DNA of 64,000 nt from Perna viridis. Lineage: Eukaryota. Location of the stretch: positions 20,394,750-20,458,749 of the forward strand of contig CM074524.1 in NCBI GenBank assembly GCA_037379345.1. Direction: 5' to 3'. The position numbers and the translations under genes are program-made. Positions 1 to 12,328 of this stretch are shown piece after piece; position 1 is the stretch's first letter, and each line of letters starts with the position of its first letter. Below the pieces are notes generated by a model. That model was given only the letters and a program-made list of their open reading frames with translations, ran no database searches and was not told where the DNA came from.

Positions 1-2446
1 CACAGGAGCTTTCAAGAATTCTATTTTATAAGGAGCAACTATCAATCGTATTATTATTTCAAACGTAAACCAGGCGTTGCTAGCACATTCGATATAAAAG
101 AAAGCCTCATGCGGTTCTGTTTTTAGTTTTTCTATCCGCCATATTATTTGACCGGAAACGTTCACTGTTGAATTTTTCAGAATCGGAACTCTCATTTCCG
201 GATGTGTTTTGAGACAGAATGATAAAATTGATGTCACTATGAAGAACACTGATACTACTGCTATAACCTGTAAAAAAGGGAAAGGGATTTGAGTAAGAGG
301 GGTATAGGAGATTTCACAGGTTGGTTATCAGCTTAAACTGTAACAGAGCTATATCGAAAATGGTTTCTCAAAATAAAACTCATGTAATACCTTGGTTAAA
401 TATTAATATTATCAATCCTCTGGTCAGTGATTAACATGCGCCTTTTCAAAGTTTTTAAATTTCTGCCACATCAAGTAATCGAAAACGTTTATTTAAACAC
501 ATTTGTACAAAACCAGGGTACATTTTGTTGGACTCAACAGGATTTTATTAAATGGAGGGTATACCTGAAGAAAATGTTCAAAATTAAGTTACATAAGGAA
601 AATGATTATCAGTTTATCGAGAAGCTGTTATCAGAATGCTTGTAACCACTCTGCTTTGTTTGGTTTTTTTTATTTATTGTAGTCAGGAAGTGACGTGACA
701 AGAGGTGATCCAGTCTGATGCATGTTTGGTTTCGGATTCAGCACCCGATCACTTACTTACATTTGAAAATAAGTCAAAACACCTATCATTACATTCTCAT
801 CATACTTAATGACCTGGAAACTCAAGTCTGTACGTTTAATTGTAAGATTTTGTAAGAATCAGGCAAAATTGGGAAAACCAGAAACACGCATGTCAAAAAC
901 CTACCAATATGACAATATAATATCTCTCAAGGATGCATTCTCTATTTAAAAAGACCATTATTTCATCTCTGCATCATTGGATTTCCTCAGAAATTTTTCA
1001 ATAAATTATTTTTAAAAATTTGGTTTTTGAAAGAGTTGTCTGCCCTTGAAATGTTCATTTGCAGTGCATTTTAACGAAATTACAACTCAATTTACCAAAA
1101 TGACCTGGAAAACCTTGTTTTCTTTACCTTGATTTGGATGGTGCAAATAGTCAATTTAACTTTCAAAATGGGGAGTTTTTCATACCATGTTTCACTCACT
1201 GCACGATCCTTGCAGAAACTGACACTTAATTCGTCTAGTAAGCAACAGGTATGTACAATTTTAAGTATATGTCTGGTTAAGTACGTTACTTCCAACTAAA
1301 TTAAAAGAGATCTATTATAAATGAGGCCACCTCGAAGTACAGGCTTACAACCTTAATTTAAAATGCTTCGAAAGCAGTAAATACTGTTAAGAAGAAGTGG
1401 AACTTTTATCTTGAAGACAAGTATTTTATTTCGTGTCAATCTCCTCCGCCGACCTAATTACTACTTCCTGCATGATTTACTATGTATCACTCCGTAATAT
1501 TATTTTTCACAAAGCATGCGCAAAACCACTTTAAGTCACGATTAACGGCTTCCGTTGTACTGTACGTTGCATTAATTTCTAAGTATAAAACTTTATTTAG
1601 AAAAATTGTCAAAACATAGTCGGATGAATTCAGCCATGATATGGAAAATATGTATCGAACAATCAGAGGTCTGACGAGTATATTTTTTCTGAACAAGAGG
1701 ATAAAGCTACACGAATCAGAACCTATTAAATTTTGAAGCGTTGCTGTTGCTTTGGGATCCCGACTTACACACAGTAGCTCTAACTGAACAAACTATTTCA
1801 TGCACTCGATCAAAAGCACACTTATAACATAATTATAATGACCCTAATTATTGTATAAAATGATAATCGTGATTTTGTAAATCTATGAAAGTGCACTTGA
1901 ATTGACAACCTTTTCATTGATAAGGTTTTTTCAGGATCATGGTTTTATCAAAGTTTTTATCATTAATAAAAAATGAAATGTTTATGGTGGAGTTTATTGA
2001 AATAAATTATAATGGAAGTAATCATAATGCAACCAAGTAAAGCAAGCATTAACTGTATTGAGTGCATGGCATCATATACGAGAAAATGGCAAAATAATTG
2101 TAGCCACAAAAGGTAATTTCAATAGTTAAATTAAAACAGTATTTTTTTTTACATTGGCTGAACAAAATAGCAATCTTATCGTGACCTTTCTACACAAAGG
2201 TTTCTGGGATATTTTCCAACAATTTTTAACCTCGAACGGCAGTCGTCTGGAATGTTATGTAAAAAGTCAAACCTGAAGATTTTATCGGGGTACACAGTTG
2301 TATGCATGAAGAGAAATATTACTATCACAACTTAGCAATAAAGCCATTCATTATTCCATCGTGACGGTTACACTTCCGACCCCCAACGGTTTGTGAAAGC
2401 AACCACTGATCTGTCATTATCTTAATATCTGCTTAAATGTGTTTTG

Positions 2447-2639
2447 ACCCTACCGGTGCACCTGGTCCATGATTCCAGTTATTACAGGAGCCCGAGTTGC
2501 TCATTTGCTTTTGTTACTTTTTATAATGCATGATTTTACTTTATGTTCTTTGTTGTGTATGTCTGTTTTCCATGTCTGGTCTTTGTTCCTGGATTACATT
2601 CTTTTGATTACCGCTATAACCTTGGTTCCCTTGATTACT
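2447..2639 (+). mobile_element. Short 3'-end copy of the PLE family
   Basis: accctaccggtgcacctggtccat...cttggttcccttgattact. Confidence 0.8.
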
Positions 2640-2941
2640 GTTACAGAGTATAACTATATATTTTTATTTACAATTTACCAGCACTTTTCATGAAAATCGT
2701 GAGGCCACAAAATCAGTAGCGATTCGAATGTGGTCACTTATTATTGTTTTGTCGAATCGCTGAGTTTGTACATTACATGTGTTATGTTTGTTTTACATAA
2801 AACTTGTACTTAAAACATCAGAAGCAACACTCATCGCAACAACTTCTGTTGAACTCTAAAACAAGGCAGCACTGTTGGAGGAAAACTGAATTAATTACGA
2901 TGAAAGGTTTGATGTTTATCATTTAGTTTTATTTATAAGAT

Positions 2942-3003
2942 GATAAGGGAGATTACCAATATCATCAAGAAATAAGGGGAGATTACCAATATCATCAAGA
3001 TAA
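2942..3003. repeat. Tandem duplication, ~30 bp x 2
   Basis: ataagggagattaccaatatcatcaaga occurs twice. Confidence 0.9.
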
Positions 3004-4420
3004 ATTGACCTTCAACATCTCGTTAAATGAAGAGAATATTCTCTTTCATGAATTTGAATTTTTGAATCTACTCTTAGTCGGTTTATTTTTTGTGCCAAAC
3101 GTTTAACGCTTTTCTACCAACATTTGATTTTTGTTATTCATATTCTGATACCGTCGAACCTGTAGAAAATGAATTGGTTATTTAGTACTACTGTTTGCAA
3201 AGGCCGATGATTTTTAATTATAGCTATACTTCTTCTCAACATTTTTTCCACAAATTCACAAGCTCGTAGTAGTTATAAATGGAACGTGAGCCCATCATTA
3301 TAAATTACTGTGGTGGTATTGGTGATGGCTTATTTGATGGTTTGATTGTTCAACGGGCCATTTTTGTTTCTTCCTATTTTTCTGCAAATGTTTTGCGGTC
3401 GTATACTATCATCGCTCTGCACAACCTCTAATTTCAGATCCTGAATCCGTCAATGATCTGTTTTGTATTATGACAGTGTGATTATCGAATATCTCATAGT
3501 TCAATGAACAAAATGTCGCTTTATGCAAGCGGAATTGTCAAATCATTCTGAGTTAAGTCGTGTAAGTATATATTGATTTTGTGCTTTAGAAGGAGGAACT
3601 AAAATGTTTTCTTGTTAAATCAAATTAGCAAAATCTTCAGTAAGATTTATCTAACGTACGCTAGAAACGAGACAAGGACAGAGACGTTTAGATTGTCAAA
3701 CTAAATTAAGTATCCGAACTTTATGAAACCGCCTAAAGGGAAGAACACCATCTGCATGTATTATGAATTTCATGAATACCGATAATATTGGTTTATTGAT
3801 CCATTATGTAAATGTTACATTTGTCTATTGTTAGTTGCATTATTGTTCCTTGTTTGGTTAAATGCAATGTAGTGCATTTCCCCCGTAGTTATGAGTGCAA
3901 TTACTAGTGGGAAATCAGTTCGACCTGTAGATTCTGATCGATTGCGACTCGATCGGTGACTTGTTAATAATTTCTCTCAGCGAACAGAGTTATGTTTTTG
4001 TTCAGTTATTTAGACTTTGTATAGCCTTACACAAAAACAATCATGGCCATATCAAGTTAACTTGCGTATACCATAATAGGAAATGTAAGTCTCGTCACGT
4101 GATTCTGTTCTTTCACGAGAATGGGTCCTAGTGTACAAGCAGATTCGTAGAGTTCAGTATTAAAAGCAGAACTTAACATTAAAAAAATAACCTATAGAAA
4201 TCAGAAGTTTCAAGTTTTGTTAAGATAGGCATAAAAAAGACTTTGCGTTGTAATCCTGGAAGTAAACAATAACATGCAGATCAGTCTTCCGATTTCAATA
4301 CATTGTACATCGGAAGTTCCGGAAAGGAAAATGTAACTAGAACGAATTTACAAAACCTATAAGTAAAATCAACGGAACTAATTTTAACTCTGTCAGTTTT
4401 TCCTGCATTAAACGATCAAG

Positions 4421-4564
4421 TGCTTGCTGGTGTAAGTGCATGTCCTCCTTGAATAATGCTTGCTGGTGTAAGTGCATGTCTTCCTTGAATAATGCTTGCT
4501 GGTGTAAGTGCATGTCCTCCTTGAATAATGCTTGCTGGTGTAAGTGCATGTTCTCCTTGAATAA
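4421..4564. repeat. Minisatellite, 36 bp x 4
   Basis: Unit tgcttgctggtgtaagtgcatgtcctccttgaataa; near-identical units with no spacers. Confidence 0.95.
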
Positions 4565-6048
4565 TCAATATTGAGTTTCCTTAATAGCAAATGGGGAAAA
4601 GGTACAGACAAAACAAAATAAAAAGGTCTTATTTAATATATGTGCAATTTACCTAAAATAATACTTATCGTCCTACTTATGTTTTTACTTCTCTGCATCT
4701 GCCATTCGTTTCATTTTTTAACGTTCTGTTTATTTCTAATCCTAGGATAAGATAACCACGAATGTCGACAGTGAAGTTGAGTAACATGTATATTCTACGG
4801 GAAAAACACAAGACGAATATAGCTTATACCAGACAAACAGACCCGCTGACAACATGTGATCTTTGAGATATAAATAGCTGGAAAGCAATAAGAATACTGA
4901 ATGTGACAAAAACAGACAAATCGTGAATGGCGCGTGAATTAGTTACACTTTTATCTTGATATTTTTGTCTCAATGAGAGACAGTCACGGAACTTTTCCAA
5001 ATTAAAGAAATTATTTTAATCGCCTAATTTTTTATTTTCCAAATAATTTCCAGTGTTGTTGGGAATTTTTGAGGTCATCCAATCACCTTCTGTAGTTATT
5101 TCAGGTCATGCTATCATTTCCCGATGATGTCGCTTTGTTTGAGGTCGTCTTTAGTTCAAATAGATTGGTTACCTCTGTCAAATCATAAAAAGCACTTACC
5201 GGAATTAACGTTCATCGAAATATTGTCATAATACTGTAATTTATGTCATGTAATCATGCTGAATAGAATTAAATTATTTCAGTTTGATGGTATGACTGCA
5301 CTTTGATCTAGAATGAATATCAATTTTACACAGATGAATGCAAGGATTGATATAAATATATGCGCAAATGTTTGCAATTTAAAAAAATGTTGTCCAAGGT
5401 GCTTTAACTCCGGGATCCAATCTTACCGTTTCAAACAAAGGAGATATTTGCTAATAATAATCTTTTGTTTACATTTGAGAATATTTGCCATGTGATTAAG
5501 CAATCAATAAACAGAATCATTGTCTAAATGTATACAGGTTTCCGAAACAATCGAATTCCATTGAGATAGCAGACCTAGGGCTATCAAAAACAAGATTTTA
5601 AATTCGTTAAATCATTGTTGTAACATTTTACAATATCAACAATGTATCAAAAATAGGCTCCCGAGGCAGTAAACAATGTCATGAAAAACTTGGATGGGCT
5701 ATAAAGAGTACGGGTATGGATGGCTTTATTATGTACGAATCACATAATTTGGGTTGCTGAAGAAAAATCAATTGGAAGGCCTTGGTTATATCGGATTTGA
5801 TCGGGGCTTGTCGTAGAAGTTTACCACTTCTTCGATATTGCCATTACGATATAGTACTGCTCTCAGTAACCATGGTAACTTTGAACCTAAGTAACCATTT
5901 TCTAAAGCCTTTAGAGGCTTCTCTTTTTTTTCGAACCGAGTAATCACCAACATATTAATATGCTTCATCGGAATAAAAACATTTATTCAAAATGAATTAA
6001 AATTGAAAAGGTTTCCGACTTTTTGTCACTAAAGGAAATTATACATAC

Positions 6049-6570
6049 TTTTGCTGCAGTCGACGAGTAAGGCTCATCGAACAGAGCCCATATTTTCGGT
6101 TGTATTCTTTGCCAGCAGTTTAGTTCCCCGGAACGATAGTCATCTTCCCAGCCGAATTTTTTCATTATGTCGTCTTCCGTAGGTTTATCTGTATCGAGAT
6201 CCAGACGATCGAGTGTGGCGAGTACTTCCGCTGTGTCTCGATGTGTAGTATATGTCATCCAACAACAAGGCTCAACTTGATTTGAGTCTAGACCCCAGAA
6301 TTCTAACTCGTCTTCGAAAAGAGGTCCACATACATCCGTAGGATAGTGAAGTTTTCCCGATCGGTAATAATTTAGAATTTGAGCAAATACACCCGGATGA
6401 CGATCGAAAAAGTACTCGTTCAAAACAGGATCGTAATTCGCCAGTGCTTCTGTCAATCTTGATAATCTCGTGGCCGGAATTTTCTTTAACGTTGCTTTGT
6501 AAGTCTCGTGCCGTATCCCACCGACATTGAGTATAACTCGATTGTCAGCGTCCATATTATTCATCGTCAT
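6049..6570 (-). CDS. Shaw: Shaw/Kv3 (KCNC-type) voltage-gated K+ channel, first coding exon (T1 tetramerisation domain up to S1)
   Basis: Translation [30 protein letters not shown]...[42 protein letters not shown]...VEPCCW...[15 protein letters not shown] is a Shaw T1 domain with the HX5CX20CC zinc motif. Splice donor AAA|GTATGT at 6048. In-frame TAA 12 nt upstream of ATG 6570. The ORF tail VCIISF... is intron read-through. Confidence 0.96.
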
Positions 6571-6728
6571 GATTGCGTTTTATTGAATTTGTTATCCAAG
6601 ATAGAGAAAAAAGAATTGGTTAAATCCACAAAAGACAGTTTCGTATTAGCTTAAAAACTTCAATAATGCTTTTTCCGCTTTCCCATTTTCATTCTATTTC
6701 ATCCTATCGTTGTCAGAAGGTGAAGTTC
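6571..6728 (-). other. 5' UTR part of the Shaw exon, starting at a splice acceptor
   Basis: Minus strand ttttttatgtttattgtAG|GAACTTC (AG at 6730-6729) implies a non-coding exon further right in the window. Confidence 0.7.
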
Positions 6729-8219
6729 CTACAATAAACATAAAAAAATGTTTATAAATTGTTTAGCAGACGTAACCGCGAGGTGGTAAAGCTTCTGACA
6801 AATAAATGAAAAGTACAACTTTATAGGTTAAGAATAGTTAACAGATTCAACAACCTAAATCTATGATTTGCAGTTATTTTATGATAAGCAGGACACAATC
6901 ATAGCACAGAAACGACTGATATATAATTTTCACAATTACCTATGTCATTACTCAAGTACACCGAATCAGGTTTGCATAATTCTAAGTAAATTATTCATTT
7001 TGTTTTAAAGTTCAAAGTCTGCATATCCACTTTGTGTGATACACAGTTGAAACATTTTTACAGAATGATTTATAGGAGAAGTTCATTGAAGAACTAATAA
7101 TCTATCACTAGGTGTTTATAAGGAATGGTATACAATGTAATGTCTGATAGATTATACCTTATACAAGTTCTTCGATTGTGAAATGTGTATTTGAAATTAC
7201 TTCTTGTTTTAAAATGCTTTCAATCAAGAATCGCAGATATGTTTCAATTATGGCGCGATTTGTCAACTTTTTTCTATGTTTCAACATAAAAATATTTAAC
7301 AATTAAAAAATCGATTCCATACCTCTCCCATCTTTCGACCCACCCATGAGAGTACACTATATAACATTTTAATTGCTGAAGATCAGTAAGCATATAACAA
7401 ATTAGCTTAATTAGCTTAAGATAAATGAAATTAATAAACGTACATACATGTAATTGGTAATTGTTATAAAAAAAATCAAACACATTCTCAATATTGCGAA
7501 TGCCGCAATTGAATGTTCAAAATTGATCAGTAAATGTTTTAGAAAACTGTTTCGTTTTTTTTTTTTTTTTCATCTTGGTCATGTCTTTCATAAACGCATA
7601 AAGTCATGCATGCTCTGTCCTGTAAAACTTTTGTACTTTTGGAAATATTTTTACGCTATATTTTTTATTAATCACCAAGTTAGTAATCTCGATATTCATG
7701 TAAAATTATACTAACCATCTGTCGAGGTATAAAAACGATGAATGCATGTGGACTTCTGTTAATTACTAAATAAATGATGATCAATAAATGCATTTTTATT
7801 TCGATTGTGTGAATTCATGTACATTTATTTCCCTTTTGTATGAAGTTAATTATTGAATATTTGCACATATATTTATAATATTTTGATTTGACGGGACGTA
7901 AGTACAGTTGATTGCACATTTTACTTCCAACCGTTTTCCAGTCCTGTAAAGTTTACTTTAACATGTAATTCCCTAAATCTAGACCACCCTCCCTTTCCCT
8001 TTTTGATCAGAACAACATTGATTTGTAAAATACGTGAGTTACTCCTAAACTTCTTTCTACCTTTGTCATTAAATTGTTTAATTTCAGAAGTAACACGCTG
8101 TTTGATTGAATAACAAAATTTGTCCATTATCTCATAGACCAAACTTTGTGATATGGCTGTGACGTCATCAACCTTATTTGATAATTTACTCCTTGATTTT
8201 TGATATTAAAATTAAATTA

Positions 8220-8372
8220 TAGGGAATGACTGTTATATTTTTTCAGTCTATTTGAAATAACCTCAATGCCCGTGGTGCACACTTCAAAATAACCTGCTAT
8301 GCAGGTTGTTTAGTGTACACGTGCCTGAGGTTATTTCTTTATAGAACGAAAAAAGAGAACAATCAGACCTTA
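8220..8372. mobile_element. Degenerate palindromic MITE abutting the Kolobok-like MITE
   Basis: Fold-back symmetry (aaataacctca / tgaggttattt; gtgcacact / agtgtacac). A partial relative lies at ~47120-47200. Confidence 0.55.
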
Positions 8373-8373
8373 A

Positions 8374-8585
8374 GGAGGTAGACCTAGGGTAAGGGACATA
8401 ACTCATGAAATCAGTGATATGTTTGTATCACATTCAATTTCACTAAAGTCTTTCAGGCTTTCATTTGAAACAGAATGCAATCAGTCCAAGTTAGTTTGAT
8501 GCTTACATGAAACTGATGTAAAATGCTGAATACAAACGTTCCAATGACTTGTAAGAGTTGTGTCCCTTACACTAGGTCTGCCTCC
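8374..8585. mobile_element. MITE with TTAA TSD and GG...CC termini (Kolobok-like)
   Basis: TTAA-GGAGGTAGACCTAGGGTAAGGGACATAACTC...GAGTTGTGTCCCTTACACTAGGTCTGCCTCC-TTAA. Confidence 0.85.
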
Positions 8586-8635
8586 TTAATATTTCATGAC
8601 AAATCTCATCAAGACCGTTCTCCAATTTTCTCCTC

Positions 8636-8820
8636 TTGATCAGTGCAGCACAGGGACTAAACAACCCTCATTTAGCTAGGCCACTTTTTTAATCAGTACA
8701 ACATGGAGACTATACTATTCTTATACAGACCACACCAACCGCCTTTTGATCAGTACACCACAGAGACTAAACTATTCTTATATAGACCTCCCCCCTTTTG
8801 ATCAGTACACCACAGAAACT
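8636..8820. repeat. Degenerate tandem repeat, ~53 bp x ~3.5
   Basis: Units resembling ttgatcagtacaccacagagactaaactattctta. Confidence 0.75.
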
Positions 8821-11249
8821 TTCGTCATCTTGTATCTGGGAATGTTTAATATGAATGAGTAAATATGTCAATTATCTGAACAAAACAGGCGATCAATTAT
8901 TTAACAAGAACGATTACCTATTTCTCTTGCGATTAAACCAGTTAAAAGTGTAGAGTCTCGAGATATCAAAGGAGAGGTCTTGAAAGAAAGTAGCTTGAAA
9001 TAATTATGGTGGTAGAAATGTTTACTCTGGAGGTGTAATTGTCGGAAGGCAAATGTAATTGATCGAACTTTAAGACTTGGCAATTTTCTTGCATTCGCTT
9101 TCATTTTGATTGATGAATGATGAGGGTACGTTTCAGCTAACCTTGATGTGTTTGCCTACACACGTTTTAAAACGTTCTATTGATTTATGGAGTGATTGAT
9201 CGATTGATTTGTATATGTATGTCCTCATCGGTTAAACTATCATTTAGGTCATCATTATTGCTAAAGAGGGAAATCTTGTCTCTGTGTACATGTATGAGGT
9301 AAATAATCATTATATTGGACTTTGGAAGTGGGGTTTTATTGATAATTTTTTACATGAAAAAATGCATGAATTCAACATAGATTTCAATAAAGGGTTGGGT
9401 GCCATATAACCGCTCGACCCCCCTCCTCCCAACCCAACCCAACAACAACAATAACAACAAAATCGGCCAATGTTATATAGGAAGGATAAGTAAGAGTAAC
9501 AAACATCTTGATAATATTTCCATGTAGAAGGCCAATCGAACTAACATATGTACTGGAAATTCGTTCCGCAAAATAATTTTTTTTTAGAACAACAGATGGT
9601 AAAGACAAAGGGAATATATATCTATAAATTGTTAACAGGCCATTGATCGTAACACTATACGTGTTGCTTTTACTTATGTTTCTTGTGATTTTTTAATAAT
9701 TGCTCAGTTTTCTTTCGGTGTGTTTTACAACTGCTACAGGTTCAATGAATCTTAAATAGATCATACAAAAACAAGAGATATGCGAAAACTTAAGCTATCT
9801 CTGCGAAGCTAAATGTTGGCGGACAAGCCTCAGTTTGATTTTGTGTCATTTTAGAGCGTATATTTAGTATTTATATGTTTTTGTCTTGGGGTATGTTATC
9901 ATTATAAGTTTTAACATATAACTGAAATTCATAGGAGATGAACAAAACTAAAGCACAGATTTCTATAATTCTTAAATTACAAATTAATCCACTTATTACA
10001 ATTCAAAATTCGAAAATGTGAAATAGTACACTTATTGACAAATCGGTAAATTTCTTACAAACAAGTTTCAGATTTCACGAAATTTCCTCGATTCTAACAA
10101 AGAGCACATAGATATATAAAATTAGTTCGTCTGAAAACCTTTCTAACCATACAGCAAGCAGTCCGATATTCAATTTTAACAAAATGAGCAAATTTAAATT
10201 TTATCAAATGAACGCAACTAACAACACTAACCTGGTTAAAAAATGTGTCTGCTATTAGAAAATGGAAATAAGTTCCAAACAAACTCGTAGTTTTGTAACA
10301 TATTTTAAAGGCACACACACACACACACACAAACACCGTGTAAAATTATTGTAACAACTGCTTCGATTTAGATCAAAGTTCCAATAAAATTTCAGCCTAA
10401 TTGATAAAACCAACCCATCAGAGAATACGGGTACTTTTGTACATGTAATTGTCAATATGGCGCCCTGTCCATGTTGACGGATGTCAATCACGTACTCTCC
10501 ATTACAATAAAGTGTCAATTATCTCAACTTCGATCTAAGCTCGTTCTAAGAACGTCTTTGGTTTGTTTGCTGTTGATAATGGATAAATTGTCGGTCGCAA
10601 TCAATTAAAACACAATCACTAACGATGGTTAATCGATATCTCAACAGAGCGGAGAGTGATAGTCTTGGAGTTACTGGCTTTTGTAAATATCATGACCATT
10701 TTTGTAACATCTTGTAATTGAAAGGAAAGTGATAATTGTAGTGTTGGAGACCATTGTCTAAACTGTTAAAGAGGCGAAAGATTCAGAGTAACAGGTCGTT
10801 CTAAAGATCGTGACATATGCTCTGAAACAGTTGCCCCTCATGAGGAGAGTGATAGTGTTAGAGTTACAGGCCATTGTAAAAATCATGACAATTATAATAT
10901 AAAATTTTTGCAGCTTCTAAAAATACTTTGAATAAGTTTTAATTGTACTTATTTATAAATAAACTGATCAATGGTTTCATTGGAGCCAAATCAATATCTG
11001 GGCGTTGCCAAATATCATATATCTTTGAAAATTGTTGGTATGAAAAAATATAGATATACCTAAAGTGTCACGAATATATTCCTAGATTCATATGAAAATC
11101 GTATGATAATTATAAAGTAATTTACAAATGATGGTCATATGCATATCACATGATACTCATGTAAGAATTGGCTTTCCAGAATCTTAGTGCCTTGATTACT
11201 ATTACATGGGATTATCATGTATTCATGAAAACAAATCATTATCAAAGGT

Positions 11250-11545
11250 TCTAATTGACGTGTTTCAAAGCTTTCTAGACCAAAGCCATAGTAAAATAGT
11301 GTTAAAAACATAACCAACCTTTCGTGTAACACATAGGCTGCGTCTATTTAAAAAAATATGAAGAAACTGATCATATAATAATTGAAATAAATCACGGAAA
11401 ATCCATTCCATCGTTGTTTTACCACGGACTGGCATTTACGTCGTTCAGTAACTCCTCGCTATCGTTCAAGGTAAAACGATTCGACATAAATGGCCAGACT
11501 GTGGTAAAACAATGATTAAATTGAGTTTCTATGATTTGTTTCTTA
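11250..11545 (-). mobile_element. DNA-transposon end with a terminal fold-back, starting at TTAA
   Basis: Inverted repeat aaataaatcacggaa...ttttaccacgg / tgtggtaaaac...atgatttgtttc-TTAA. Adjacent block homologous to 15781-15880 and 17512-17612. Confidence 0.65.
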
Positions 11546-12074
11546 AATAAGCATACATGTACGTTAATCGGCCCAAAAAAATCGATTTAGGCAGGTATCA
11601 AAAACCCATATTAAATCTACCAAAATTACCATCTTATTACACCATAGAATGGTCCATTTATCTAACAGTACTGAGTTTCATTGTAACAGATTACATGTTA
11701 TCATACGATATATTCTTTAATAATTGACGTTACAGCTGAAAATTAGTAGAAACAAATACATGCCACAGGTTTACACTCGATGCAAGCTAATTACTATTTC
11801 CATATGCAAACATAATTTTTTATTAATGTGAATGCTTTTGTGTTACATTCTTTAGACAGTTACCACACGTGTATATCAGTGCGTATGCTACCGAACTCGG
11901 CATAGTTTGACTATTGAAAAAATCTATATCCATGATCAAAACAATAGCTGTTAGTTTTCATAGCCACTGCTTGTTTCTCATATACAAATGTTTATCTTTT
12001 ATAGCTCCTTAGTACATATTGCCAAAAGCGTCTCATCTTTTTCAAACATTCCTCGACCCGTATTTCCACACTGT

Positions 12075-12328
12075 ATACCCACCGTGTTCTCTCTACCTCA
12101 CTGTCACATTCTTAATCAGTATCCTATTCCCGTTCTTCATTGTATCATTTTCAATTCACATCCCCACTCCCTTTCTAATTGCATCATTCTTTATTCACCA
12201 CCCTCTTGTCTCTTGCTAATTGCACCATTTCCAATTCACATCCCCATTCACCCTTTCTGATTGCACCATTCTGCTTTCACCACCCTCTTGTCTCTACCTC
12301 ATTGCATCATCTTCCATTCACTCCCCAA
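12075..12328. repeat. Pyrimidine-rich tandem repeat with alternating ~40-bp subunits
   Basis: ttgcaYcatt...caattcacatcccca alternates with ttgcaYcattc...tcaccaccctcttgtctct. Confidence 0.8.

Noticed and set aside
1-1229. Possible end of a larger non-autonomous DNA transposon finishing at TTAA
   Set aside because: The partner terminus is not in the window and there is no coding remnant, so it cannot be supported.
4421-4564. 36-bp repeats as a CRISPR array, or the repetitive ORFs 4337-4549 and 4408-4611 as genes
   Set aside because: Units are contiguous with no spacers, there are no cas genes and the DNA is eukaryotic. The ORFs arise because the unit length is a multiple of 3.
5983-6048. C-terminal 21 aa of the 195-aa Shaw ORF
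   Set aside because: Intron read-through past the GTATGT donor.
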